A DNA stretch of 41,996 bases, taken from Planctomycetota bacterium. Lineage in GTDB: Bacteria > Planctomycetota > Planctomycetia > Pirellulales > Pirellulaceae. Of the stretch, positions 19,001-25,201 are shown piece after piece. The notes under the pieces were generated by a model. It searched no databases. It saw only the letters and a list, made by a program, of their open reading frames with translations, and was not told where the DNA came from. Made by a program: the position numbers and the translations under genes. The stretch's first letter is position 1; every line of letters starts with the position of its first letter. The stretch spans positions 1 through 41,996 of the forward strand of contig JBCCKZ010000001.1 in the NCBI GenBank assembly GCA_039027135.1. The letters are read 5' to 3'.

Positions 19001-19806
19001 TGATTAGCATCACCGATGTGATTGTTTCATCCTCATCTTGGGACAGTAGCTTTATCGATATCGTGGACGGTGGTGGTCCCGGTGCAGGCAACGGCCTTGG
19101 CTTGTCACTGCCAGGTTCTAACCAGACGCGGAACCTGCCCTGGCTAACGGGAATCGACACTTTGTTCATTGAGTTTGATGACGACGTCTCAAACGGGTTC
19201 TCAAAGACAAATCTATCGCTAATTGGCAACGAGTCCGACCACCTTGCCGAGGCGCTGATTTCATTTGATTCCAACACGAACATTGGCACGATTAGCCTGG
19301 CGACTCCGGTGACACGCGATGCACTGATCTTGACTGTCTTCGATTCCATTGCGAGTTCGTTTGATGGCGAATGGGTAGACTCGGTAAGCCTATTGTCCGG
19401 AAACGGCACACCGGGCGGTCGATTTGATTTTCGCATCGATGTTTTGGCCGGTGATGTCAACGACGATAACGCTGTCAGCTTGACCGGCGATGTCTTGCCG
19501 ACGTATCAGCAGAACACGCTGCTGCCAACCACTCTGAACGAGAGCTACTTTGATGTAAGTGCTGATGGTGCTGTCAGCTTGACCGGAGATGTCCTCGGTA
19601 TTTATGGAAAGAATACCGACCTACTTCCAGACCCACCTCAACCACCTTCGCAACCGTTGGCCCCGCAAAGCTTTGAATCGATCGATCAGGTCATGGAGAC
19701 TTATGGTCTTCCAGACGAAGATGATCAGGAGCTAGCGTTGATGGTGTCAGATGAATCTCAAGTCAGTGCTCGCATTGGTCAGCAAGAATCAGAGGAGATG
19801 CGCTGA
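7066..19806 (+). CDS. Giant (4246 aa) secreted S8 serine protease with Ig-like, PPC-like, Calx-beta-like, three phage tail-collar, beta-propeller and C-terminal dockerin-like domains
   Basis: Planctomycete extracellular motif LRIETLEKRHLLAA. Intact S8 triad: VAVTDDG-type Asp (IAVTDDGV, 7624), HGTHVAG (His 7792), GTSMSAP (Ser 8257). Repeated DWYSF/DWYEF PPC-like domains and DLDGE...GDGxxGGD Ig-like domains. Three P(F/L)(I/L)GE...FAPxGW...YGGDGxTxFxxPDxRGR collar units. Duplicated DVxxDxAVSLTGDVL. Confidence 0.9.
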   Translation: MKNHLSSRSRKSFFKSIEQRKLRIETLEKRHLLAASLGIDESFLEWESYGIERSIVPGELVVAFEHSESIEGFARFMQTIDLPNEASYEASIPSTLLTLQPESESNLVTLVQFEFDPNEDLQSLVSDFERLGEVAWASPNYQYSGDIFDFIPNDPSFSTQYHHTLMQNDVAWDTTLGDPSVIIAVTDDGVQLDHPDLAANIWVNDDPIDGIDNDGNGFIDDINGWDFVANDNDPSPNISSNDHGTHVAGILAGVTNNSVGIAGTAGGASIMPIRIAGNDGGFTSTILANTFAYAIDNGARIANTSYNINGFVGDPTFTAGLQYYYDNGGLHFNSAGNNNELNPARQAFHQTLLVASTTSTDTKSSFSNYGTGIDISAPGSSIFSTVTNSGYGFKSGTSMSAPNAAGAAALIWSANPTWSRDQVAAQLLATADSIESLNPTYQGLLGAGRVNTSNLSGPLSAPIVSKVDGLPADGSFILAAESPTDFSIAFNQIMDPASVNDASNFSLVEAGINGIFGDADDVTRPITLDSDYMIGTNELDFSIVGGPLSPGRYAFAVSANVTNPFGTSIDGDGNGVGGDAFLSTFNVIVPPLDPIEPLGSLAYRGDFSGSVLTAGQTQQYTVELDDGQSLTVVGVPDSTLTVAISVEAPSGSISSLAAASPGDDLVLGPVTSQVAGTYTITVSGANSTTGSFDLQVLVNTSVESETHGGASNDTLANAQSISASNTTLGFGNSDRLSVLGSFPGGPSQEIFSEDFESGVLGNSWTTSSSDQRGQIRASNEQTAASGTFALLMDVSTSGDPALNEAIWTVDLSGLNDVTLAFSHAEWSDETDALPETFTGSFNGDGVAVSDDGVNWFTVLSAPQTTNGIWTQETIDLVALANQTGMTLGAGFQIKFQQYDNFPLTTDGRGYDDIQILASVPQNDWYSFDVVGGETNSISLTKLSEGAAALGLFDSSGNQLATFNELDTGEQRIDQFEAPAGTYFVNVVGSAADYHLIIARQSDFVPEDSGPNSAFDISQSSTGVSFGRLGELSSSGIEPDDYSTGTVLNNVDPAVTLSSDLTGGSIFAATAAFNAPTGNLVFATTATGANGFSATNAFRADFTDPVAIVSIDAGSDDSSDTSQLQAYSSSGVLLDTVVSSPLASGNSETLAITRSTADIAYVLASGVAGDVSPLDNLQYSTRPDEDVFTLTAEAGDALTLETLTPGDGPLEPFNLVDVGIELFDPTGTLVASGTNAGNENISHVATQSGLYEVRAYAQQNEGDYVLRVTGATSPQPAFNASALSPADGAVLATTPTSVLLDFNDSVLLTSLQASDFKLNGVSASTVETLDGDSVVVEFPSIPGGANTLTIDAGDILDLQSTPLQAFSSTFTVDISPPQIVGSTVQEGDVLPNDAVSFSFDFSEPMSVGQFDESDFRLVGNRLGAIAPDSFNLVNSSSGATLTITYGILPEDAFTLTLDSGDGALEDLAGNDLDGEPLAFPLPPNSSGDGVAGGDFSLNFETDISSVVLDAPLRQLVPAGSQGYDQVVSGRFNAIGEVDVYQIDIDDNQLISIQLITDPSVTPAFTLADSNQVVANSRASAAGASVQSYRVTESEGGTYQISVSAADAGDYELRVILNSDFEEEGFGFGNNDSASFAQPIASINLPPAAASTIADATVSETAGTALLPISLSSEPQGTIYVELDSSDASEVAVLSPRLAFDSENWDQPQMVSVIGIDDLASDGDQISLVTASVDPVLESDQNISLTRGEFSVATLDNETYSPPDDQTATVIVTDPVGGSQPHENRQPSLAMNYIVAITGVFPSSFGPIEDSAHNGPFIAEQAEASEPFIGEVSVFAGSFAPRGWAFAHGQLLPINQNAALFSILGTTYGGDGQTTFALPDLRGRSAIGAGDAPGLTTRSPGDRIGASEVTLNEAQIPGHLHRLQPPFGALTTDGVGNVATHSNMMPSLGLSYIIATEGVFPSLSTPVADMESNEAFDPLIGEVRLFAGNFAPTGWTFADGRILPISPNSNLFSLIGTIYGGDGTTNFRVPDFRGRLAIGQGTGPGLSTRVLGSHSGSEVSTLFSSTLPSHSHNVPTLNTETITVGGSGSHNNVQPQLAINYAIALTGTFPSPTAPESADPFLGEIMMVGFNFAPRGWALANGQLLPISQNQSLFSLLGTQYGGDGVTTFALPDLRGRAIVGAGQGPGLPDYSVGQVFGSEEVSLTIAELPNHSHTIQIAEIDPSIRSVVGSLDASGSDEDWYSFAIDTDDVVTVSVTGQESNDFVVDLFDQSGGQQLAAGVPAANLSSVINDFVNLGEFHQFTVRVTGSEPGEYLLVVTVNAAFDTEANNEDADAQPLGTSQSAFGHVRSPSATTPSLPEAERGGGIDLNGLSDNRDSTNVPVAYETQDASVPLPFDPYQSFQVSTPEPITVSLPEDSEASALSGPIPVLSQFAGPDSTGFIPPDPIIAAGPEQVVTMVNTAIGIYDKSTGAELFFQNLNGPSGFFGSVGATTTVFDPWIFYDHETDRFMAVAIDIESSSVSNVFLAISTDSTPTNGDDWHKYKIDFSHDPTGTGLGTGIHFPDYEKMGVNSDAIFISGNYFPIEAGTGVYAGITAIEKAPLLSGGPANIVFEEHFSGFSVFPMQQYGSTTTQYFAESTGSGFQRIHAIDNVLGGSPTRQTFNLNVPAYNEPVNVPQLGGGTSADSISSRVMTGIYRDGSMWFAHGATDPAIGDGESVARWYEVNTNGFAAGGGLPTLVQAGNVDPGPGVHAWMPAINVDAEGNMGIGFAVGGPNQFYGAGFTGRLADDPLGDTVLPVTEYAIGQANYVGLDGSGRNRWGDYTGLALDPTDDATFWVYNEYASTGNRWATEIASFQLESPNDDDWYEFEATVGDSLTITTETPGGGPYLIENQLDPTIELYNSDGVQVASADSDGNETLNFNVTVSGIYRVRVFAAAGSEGEYFVSVAGASGTDSSPRVIDSDPDNGISLGAFPSTITLDFSEPILTSSVDLQDLLIGGLPATSVAQIDGDTFEFTINPAANVGDGSYSVVMASGAVLDLQGSAVDAYSGTFTLDTTGPRITSTTWNGGPLTTLAPGPLVFEAFLDEDLFQLGSARRGPFAPGPDDIELIDQDSGDLFTPSLVDYDSTLDKITIEFGDLPEARYTLTLKSGDGAIEDEVGNDLDGEPIGTGLDGTITGDGTPGGDYSIDFTVDFGTRPVQPFERLEPLGSLMSISALNEGIIDADGDTDTFSFTAAAGQVISVIAEDTSDSGGSIGVELVGLAPGASGVERVILSPTVIPLDGNYELRVTANQRLPYSISILNGFLSELEAVGGDSSDNNPLQINDSFVPLGDGRARFSIVGHSKSLGVASQPVLFGIDAANNQIVELDTSDGSIRRSFTVPNGFAGALSGLSGAENGSTLIFQDSSFPTNLYRVDPTNGNVLSVEQMLDIGSGGRGGLSFEDSAIFAIDVNGPIDRQDGFSGSVSDHVGLVSPDFPGALGGDDNGRHFFVDAGTIVEFDANVANTIINSFSAPQGSTIGGLAFDGTVLYASDWNTDSVYSLDPNTGAILSQLPVGRDLSGLGVVSRSPTSTGDAIINGSFETGDFNGWTTAVSGSPFRPWAVSGAGQGGGFSLSLTDPQDGDFVAWNGFDGSGPLDFTMNQVVTVPNAGELSFQYRAQWDFTLGSNANIGRDFFVEILDPNSNALLSTVFSFNTGTQSVNPTGDTGWQTEIIDLSAFSGQTVALQFREFIPETLTGPGQIEFDAISLTSAAPLVPDVDQYDLDLTGQSGQSIDVVLAGHNGADFRGETLELIAPDGVTVLAAGTIPIGPNENYDLSIRDFTVPADGVYSIRFSSLVSGEYGLSVTTSMVFDSEPNNSDIFPLRSLDTHDAALGYLEAPGTTVGDLIDLYEFNAQAGDVFTFSTETPFDSTASSSPNNLDVSLTVLEPIASFVVASDSDSAPDGKNAIVTFTARSSGTYSLRVEAEQGLGEYVVKKSSPQLISITDVIVSSSSWDSSFIDIVDGGGPGAGNGLGLSLPGSNQTRNLPWLTGIDTLFIEFDDDVSNGFSKTNLSLIGNESDHLAEALISFDSNTNIGTISLATPVTRDALILTVFDSIASSFDGEWVDSVSLLSGNGTPGGRFDFRIDVLAGDVNDDNAVSLTGDVLPTYQQNTLLPTTLNESYFDVSADGAVSLTGDVLGIYGKNTDLLPDPPQPPSQPLAPQSFESIDQVMETYGLPDEDDQELALMVSDESQVSARIGQQESEEMR
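12388..13701 (+). repeat. Tandem array of three phage tail-collar (MdpB / microcystin-dependent protein-like) units inside the giant CDS, circularly permuted
   Basis: Unit N-halves start at 12535, 12988 and 13414. C-terminal segments (HxNxxPxLxxxYxIAxxGxFPS) end at 12468, 12945 and 13392. The first C-segment precedes unit 1, and unit 3 stops after NHSH at 13701. Confidence 0.85.
19471..19593 (+). repeat. 24-nt direct repeat (23/24 identical) encoding the duplicated segment of a dockerin-like domain
   Basis: gctgtcagcttgaccggcgatgtc (19471-19494) and gctgtcagcttgaccggagatgtc (19570-19593). Protein: GDVNDDNAVSLTGDVL and FDVSADGAVSLTGDVL. Confidence 0.8.
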
Positions 19807-19855
19807 CTCATCTTCAAATCTGCATCTCGATGAAATTTGCCTGATTCAGTCCGAC

Positions 19856-20125
19856 CTACTCAGTTGGACCGATCTGCTTGATTCGCATACCGAACTTGTC
19901 GCCAATTTTGATGGTCTCGCCGGTTCCGATCACCGAATCCCCGGCGCGCAGCGTCAAAGGTTGGTCGTACCGTTCGTCAAATGTGATCATCGCCCCGGGC
20001 ACCAAGCGAACCAAGTCACCCAAACTCATCCGCTTCTCGGCAAGCCGAACGGATAACGGTGTCGAAATCTGGAGCACGCCGTTTTTGTAGCTCATCGAAT
20101 CGTCGCTCCGTTTCAGCGTGGACAT
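19856..20125 (-). CDS. FliM/FliN C-terminal (SpoA) domain protein
   Basis: LQISTPLSVRLAEKRMSLGDLVRLVPGAMITF...IGTGETIKIGDKFGMRI matches the SpoA pattern. Start uncertain (20155, 20125 or 20095). Confidence 0.8.
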   Translation of the reverse strand: MSTLKRSDDSMSYKNGVLQISTPLSVRLAEKRMSLGDLVRLVPGAMITFDERYDQPLTLRAGDSVIGTGETIKIGDKFGMRIKQIGPTE

Positions 20126-20398
20126 CAACCGAGTTTGGGTCCATCGAAAGGACAATAGTCCTTAACGAATGAGTCCGGCTGAATGATGGGGTAAAGCTTT
20201 CCGCGTAGGCATACTCTGCCTGTTAATGGTCAATCGACCGTTTTCAAGCGTTTAGCCAGCAAAAATCCTTGCTTACCACCCATAAGGGGGTGTAGATTCT
20301 TTGTCGGTCCAGATAAGTTATCTGGCGTCTTAGGGGTGGTTGAAACCCCTTTGGCGCAACCCAAAAGCTCACTGATCTTTACAACGAAAGTCCTGCCC

Positions 20399-21178
20399 AT
20401 GTGCTTATTGGCGGTTCAATACCGGCTGGTGCCCGAAAGTCCTATTTTGGTTGCCGCCAACCGCGAAGAGTACTTTGATCGACTCAGTCAGCCCCCGTCG
20501 ATTCAGTCAGGAAAGCCGAGAATTCTTTGTGGTTTGGACCAGCGTTCCGGCGGGACGTGGTTGGGAGTCAACCAGAATGGGCTCTTTGTCGGACTCTGCA
20601 ACCGAGCCACGATGACCCCTCTATTTGGGCAGCGGTCTCGAGGCCTCCTGGCGATGGACCTCCTTCGCTGCTCGTCAGCCGCCAAGGCGCTCGACAAGGC
20701 CCAGACAGAGTTTGCCAAGAACCGCTACGAGGGTTGCAACCTGATCATCGCGGACGCAGAAAACGGCTACGCCGTCTACGCGGACGAACGTCAGCAGGTT
20801 GTCCCACTTCAGGAAGGTCTGAACATCATTGGGGCTCGAAATCTGAACGATCCAGATGATGAACGAGTTCAGATGGCTCGGCGGTTGTTGACGCTCCAAA
20901 CACTGGATTCGCCGGTAAAGTTTTTAGCCGTCGCCAGTAAAGTTTTCGCTCGAGCTCCTGTGGGACCTGGAAGACCAAGCATGGTGATGCGTGGCAAGGA
21001 CTACGGGACGGTCAGCAGCACGCTTATTGCCTTGGGAGTACGGCCCAGGGATGCCATCTATCAATTCAGCGATGGCGCGCCAGACCGAAATCGTTATGAA
21101 GACTACTCGCCGATGCTGCGTGACATTCTTAGTCGTGGATTACGCGAATCACGAAGCAAAGCCAAGGCGGCAACCTAG
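20399..21178 (+). CDS. NRDE/TANGO2 family protein
   Basis: Starts MCLL (ATG 20399). Motifs LVAANREEYFDR, DQRSGGTWLGVNQNG, RSRGLL, YGTVSSTLI. Confidence 0.88.
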   Translation: MCLLAVQYRLVPESPILVAANREEYFDRLSQPPSIQSGKPRILCGLDQRSGGTWLGVNQNGLFVGLCNRATMTPLFGQRSRGLLAMDLLRCSSAAKALDKAQTEFAKNRYEGCNLIIADAENGYAVYADERQQVVPLQEGLNIIGARNLNDPDDERVQMARRLLTLQTLDSPVKFLAVASKVFARAPVGPGRPSMVMRGKDYGTVSSTLIALGVRPRDAIYQFSDGAPDRNRYEDYSPMLRDILSRGLRESRSKAKAAT

Positions 21179-21183
21179 AAGCA

Positions 21184-22209
21184 GTGGAAGATCGCATGGA
21201 CGCTCAAACGAATCACGCTATGGTCGAGACCGCTTTGGCCGGCTCCCGATGTCTCGTTACCGGTGGTGCAGGCTTTATCGGCTCTCATCTAGTCGATCAA
21301 CTTCTCAACGCGGGTGCCGGTGTTCGGGTCCTCGATAACCTCAGCACGGGATTCCGTCACAATCTCGAGCACCTTGATCATGATGCTTCCGTTGAGTTGA
21401 TCGAAGGAGATGCCTCGGATTCAAATGCAATTGACTACGCCGTTCAGGGAATCGATTACATCTTCCACTTGGCGGCCATGGCGAGCGTTCCTCGAAGCCT
21501 TCGAGAACCAGACCTCTGTCATAGCTGGTGTACGACAAGCACGGTGCACCTTCTCAACGCTGGCCAGAAAGCCAAGATCAAACGCTTCGTGCTGGCTTCA
21601 ACGAGTGCCGCCTACGGCAATTCACCCTATCTTTCGAAGCGCGAGACTGACGCTGTCGACCCGCTCTCACCCTACGCTGCATCCAAGCTAGCCGCTGAAC
21701 ACTACACCCGGACGTTCGCGCAGGCATTCGATATCGAAACAACCATACTCAGGTTTTTTAATGTATTCGGGCCGCGACAAGATCCCCAGAGCGAATACAG
21801 CGCCGTAATACCTCGGTTCGTTTCGATGATTTTGGCTGGTGAACCACCCATCATCTACGGTGATGGGAGCCAATCGAGAGACTTTGTCTATGTTGGCGAC
21901 GTCGCGCGAGCGAATCTTCTCGCGGCCTGCACGCCGGATGTTTCCGGCCAAACATTCAACATCGCAAAAGGAAACCAAACAACGCTCCTGCAGTTGATCG
22001 AAACACTATCTGATTTACTCGGTCAGCCGATTAAGCCAATTCATGAACCTCCACGTGTTGGTGATGTAAGACACTCACTTGCCGATACCAACGCTGCATC
22101 GAAAAAACTCGGCTTCACCGCCGAGACCAGCATCCAAGATGGCCTCGAAAAGAGCATCGAGTACTACCGATCGATCGCAGAACAGCCAGCGGACTTAGCG
22201 GCAAACTGA
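21184..22209 (+). CDS. NAD-dependent nucleotide-sugar epimerase/dehydratase (extended SDR)
   Basis: LVTGGAGFIGSHL, HLAAMASVPRS, PLSPYAASK (YxxxK), LRFFNVFGPRQDP, IYGDGSQSRDFVYV. Confidence 0.92.
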   Translation: MEDRMDAQTNHAMVETALAGSRCLVTGGAGFIGSHLVDQLLNAGAGVRVLDNLSTGFRHNLEHLDHDASVELIEGDASDSNAIDYAVQGIDYIFHLAAMASVPRSLREPDLCHSWCTTSTVHLLNAGQKAKIKRFVLASTSAAYGNSPYLSKRETDAVDPLSPYAASKLAAEHYTRTFAQAFDIETTILRFFNVFGPRQDPQSEYSAVIPRFVSMILAGEPPIIYGDGSQSRDFVYVGDVARANLLAACTPDVSGQTFNIAKGNQTTLLQLIETLSDLLGQPIKPIHEPPRVGDVRHSLADTNAASKKLGFTAETSIQDGLEKSIEYYRSIAEQPADLAAN

Positions 22210-22353
22210 ATTCGAGATCGCGGTTTACATTCGAGCGATCGGTCCGCAGCCCTTAGCGTTCATTCGCGACGGGATAAGGTGCCTCGCTCGATCGGCGAGT
22301 TATCATTGAGTTGACACTCCGTCTCGCTCATCTGAAACCTTAGACCGAAAGCC

Positions 22354-24129
22354 ATGCTTCGTAGCTTCGTTTGCCTGATCGCATCTTTCTTTGTTTTTGA
22401 AATTGTCAGTGCGGAGAAAGTCATTGAGTTTCGCGATCCCGCCAGCATGCGTGCGGTAGGGTCTCAGTCAGCCACCTCAAAGATCGTGAATGACGAGTTC
22501 GGTGATTCCGCCTTTCGCGTCGATATCGAAAAGGCGGGTGAGGTTCCCTGGGCAGTTGTCATGCATACGGGAACGAACACAAAGCCACTCTTGAAAGGAG
22601 ATCGCTTACTTTGCGAAATCTCCGCCCGGGTCACCGGGGAGCGAACGGAGTACGGCAATCTTCGAATCGCAACGGAATCGGCCGTCAAACATAAACAAGG
22701 TTACGCGGGCGATCAGATAGAGCTGACAACCAAGAAGAAGACCTATCGCTTTACGGTCACTTGTCCAGGTGACTATGACGCCGGCGAATACCGAATCGCA
22801 TTGCACCTCGCTCAAATTCCTCAAGTGGTCGATATTTATGCGGTATCTATGGAGCGGTACGATGCCGATACACCAACAAGCCAACTAAATATCTCCCCTA
22901 TTTCTTGGCGAGGACAGGAAGAGGATGCGCCGTGGCGAATTCAAGCTCAGAAAAGAATTGAAGAGTTTCGAAAGCAAACGCTAAAAATCATCATTACCGA
23001 TGACCTTGGAAACCCCGTCCCTGATGCCAAACTAAACATCCAGCAACGAAAACATGCTTGGCGTTTCGGGATGTTTGTAGGACCAACTCTGTTGGCTGAA
23101 AATGAAGACGGACGCAAGTACCGCGAACTCATCAAGAGTCGTTACAACTACCTTGCTTTACCTGCCTACCTCGCCAACTGGGGATGGCTCAACGAGGAAT
23201 CACGTTCTCGATACTTTCGGTTCGCTGATTGGGCTCAAGAGAACAAGCTGCCAGCCCGTGGACACTTGCTAGTGTATCCAGGCTGGGCCGTTACACCGCC
23301 GGAGTGGTTTAATATTCCCAAACCAGATCTGAGAAAGAATCTCGAGCAGCATATTCCAACGGCGATCGATGCCTTGAGAGTGCGAGGCGTAACGGAATGG
23401 GATGTGACCAACGAGCTCAGAATGAATGAAGCTTTCATGGATGAAATCGGTGGCGTTCAAGTCGCAGCCGACTGGTTCAAAGCTGCCCGCGAGCGTTTAC
23501 CTTCGGGTGATCTTTATATCAACGAGACATTCATCCTTTCCAATGGAGGAAAAACGGAGACCGAACAAGCCAAGTACGAGGAACACATCGAACAACTTCT
23601 GGCGGCGGGAGCACCAATCGACGGTCTCGGGATGCAGGGGCACTTCGGTTCACAACTCACACCACCGGAAAAACTTATCGAAACGCTGAATCGCTTCGCC
23701 AGATATGGCAAGAAGATTCAGATAACAGAATTCGATATCGATACCGATGACAAGCGAGCCCAGGCTCTCTACATGCGAGACTTCTACACCGCTTGTTTCT
23801 CGCATCCCTCAGTCGTAGGCGTCGTTCGCTGGGGTTTTTGGGAAGGCGAAATGTGGAAACCGCGTGGGCACGCGTTCACCAAAGAATGGCAAACCACACT
23901 CGTATCGGAAGCCTATGAAGACCTGGTTCTGGGCAAATGGTGGACAAACCTCGAAGGCCAAACAGATGCCAATGGCATTTGGAAAGACCGTGTTTTCCGA
24001 GGCGTTCAAAACATCAGTGTCGATGTCAAAGGCTATCGGTATAACCGCGATCTGGAAGTCGATTCCGATGCGGTGACTCATGAGGTCATTTTGCCAATCC
24101 GGACTTCGACCAATACAAAAAGCGGCTGA
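22354..24129 (+). CDS. Secreted glycoside hydrolase family 10 (endo-1,4-beta-xylanase-like) with an N-terminal CBM-like domain
   Basis: Signal peptide; RGHLLVY, EWDVTNE (acid/base), LYINE, IDGLGMQGHF, IQITEFDI (nucleophile), WGFWE. Confidence 0.85.
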   Translation: MLRSFVCLIASFFVFEIVSAEKVIEFRDPASMRAVGSQSATSKIVNDEFGDSAFRVDIEKAGEVPWAVVMHTGTNTKPLLKGDRLLCEISARVTGERTEYGNLRIATESAVKHKQGYAGDQIELTTKKKTYRFTVTCPGDYDAGEYRIALHLAQIPQVVDIYAVSMERYDADTPTSQLNISPISWRGQEEDAPWRIQAQKRIEEFRKQTLKIIITDDLGNPVPDAKLNIQQRKHAWRFGMFVGPTLLAENEDGRKYRELIKSRYNYLALPAYLANWGWLNEESRSRYFRFADWAQENKLPARGHLLVYPGWAVTPPEWFNIPKPDLRKNLEQHIPTAIDALRVRGVTEWDVTNELRMNEAFMDEIGGVQVAADWFKAARERLPSGDLYINETFILSNGGKTETEQAKYEEHIEQLLAAGAPIDGLGMQGHFGSQLTPPEKLIETLNRFARYGKKIQITEFDIDTDDKRAQALYMRDFYTACFSHPSVVGVVRWGFWEGEMWKPRGHAFTKEWQTTLVSEAYEDLVLGKWWTNLEGQTDANGIWKDRVFRGVQNISVDVKGYRYNRDLEVDSDAVTHEVILPIRTSTNTKSG

Positions 24130-24157
24130 AGAAGTCGCCGGACATCTATCGTGCCCC

Positions 24158-25201
24158 ATGGTACAAACCAACGAGATGGACGACTTGATTCGCTGGACCG
24201 AGAAGGGTTTCTATTGCGAAGCAGGTGACTTTTTCATCGACCCACACACCGGTGTTGATCGCGCCGTCGTTTCCCACGCCCACACGGACCACGCACATTG
24301 GGGGTGCAAGCGATATTTGGCAGCATCGCCGAGTGAGCACTTGCTGAGAATGCGAGTCAACGCTGACGCTGAATTCACATTCGCCGGCTATGGCGAGACC
24401 ACGAAAATCCGCGGAGTGAATATTTCTTTTCACCCTGCCGGGCATATTTTGGGAAGCGCTCAAATAAGGCTTGAGCACGCTGGACGTGTGGTGGTAGTCA
24501 CCGGTGATTATAAGTTGGGCGATGACCCAACTTGCGAATCTTGGCAACCTATCCCATGCCATCTACTCGTCACCGAATCAACCTTTGGTTTACCGATTTA
24601 TCGTTGGAAGCCACAGATTGAAATCTATAACGAGATCAACCATTGGTGGCGAGCCAATCGAGATGCGGGGAAGTGTTCCATCATTTACGGATACGCCGTC
24701 GGAAAGTCTCAACGAATTCTCGCCGGACTAGACCCGAGCATAGGCCCCATCTACACACATGGGGCGGTTGAGAAAGGTGTCGATGCTTATCGGCGAAGTG
24801 GTGTTGCCATGCCCGAAACGACCTATGTCGCAACGTTGCCAAACAAACATGACTTTGCCGGATCCATAGTCGTTGCCGTTCCCTCTGCTCATGGAACGTC
24901 TTGGATACGTCGATTCGGTAAGGCAAGCACTGCGATGGTTAGCGGTTGGATGATGGTGCGTGGTTCGCGTCGCCGTCGATCTGTCGATCGAGGATTCGTG
25001 CTTAGCGATCATGTCGATTGGCCATCATTGCTGAAGGCCATCGATGAGTCAGATCCTGCAATGGTTTGGGTTACCCACGGCTATACCGCAGCGGTGGCTC
25101 GCTATCTGAATGAGACTGGAAGACCAGCAGCGCCAGTTGATTCTGCAATGCGAACGGAAGAGGATAGCGAAGAACGACTTGATGCGATGGAGGATCTGTG
25201 A
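24158..25201 (+). CDS. Ligase-associated DNA damage response exonuclease (metallo-beta-lactamase fold)
   Basis: GDFFIDP, SHAHTDHA, HPAGHILGSAQIR, TGDYK, TESTFGLPIYRW, SGWM, LSDHVDWP, VTHG. Start at 24158 or 24176. Overlaps the ligase start (GTGA). Confidence 0.9.
   Translation: MVQTNEMDDLIRWTEKGFYCEAGDFFIDPHTGVDRAVVSHAHTDHAHWGCKRYLAASPSEHLLRMRVNADAEFTFAGYGETTKIRGVNISFHPAGHILGSAQIRLEHAGRVVVVTGDYKLGDDPTCESWQPIPCHLLVTESTFGLPIYRWKPQIEIYNEINHWWRANRDAGKCSIIYGYAVGKSQRILAGLDPSIGPIYTHGAVEKGVDAYRRSGVAMPETTYVATLPNKHDFAGSIVVAVPSAHGTSWIRRFGKASTAMVSGWMMVRGSRRRRSVDRGFVLSDHVDWPSLLKAIDESDPAMVWVTHGYTAAVARYLNETGRPAAPVDSAMRTEEDSEERLDAMEDL

Noticed and set aside
19471-19593. 24-nt direct repeat as a mini-CRISPR or att site
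   Set aside because: Only two copies, in frame, encoding the duplicated dockerin-like segment, with no cas or integrase genes nearby.
20156-20398. Short hairpins in the divergent intergenic region as a possible ncRNA or tRNA
   Set aside because: The stems are short and there is no cloverleaf or recognisable family motif; most likely a divergent promoter region.
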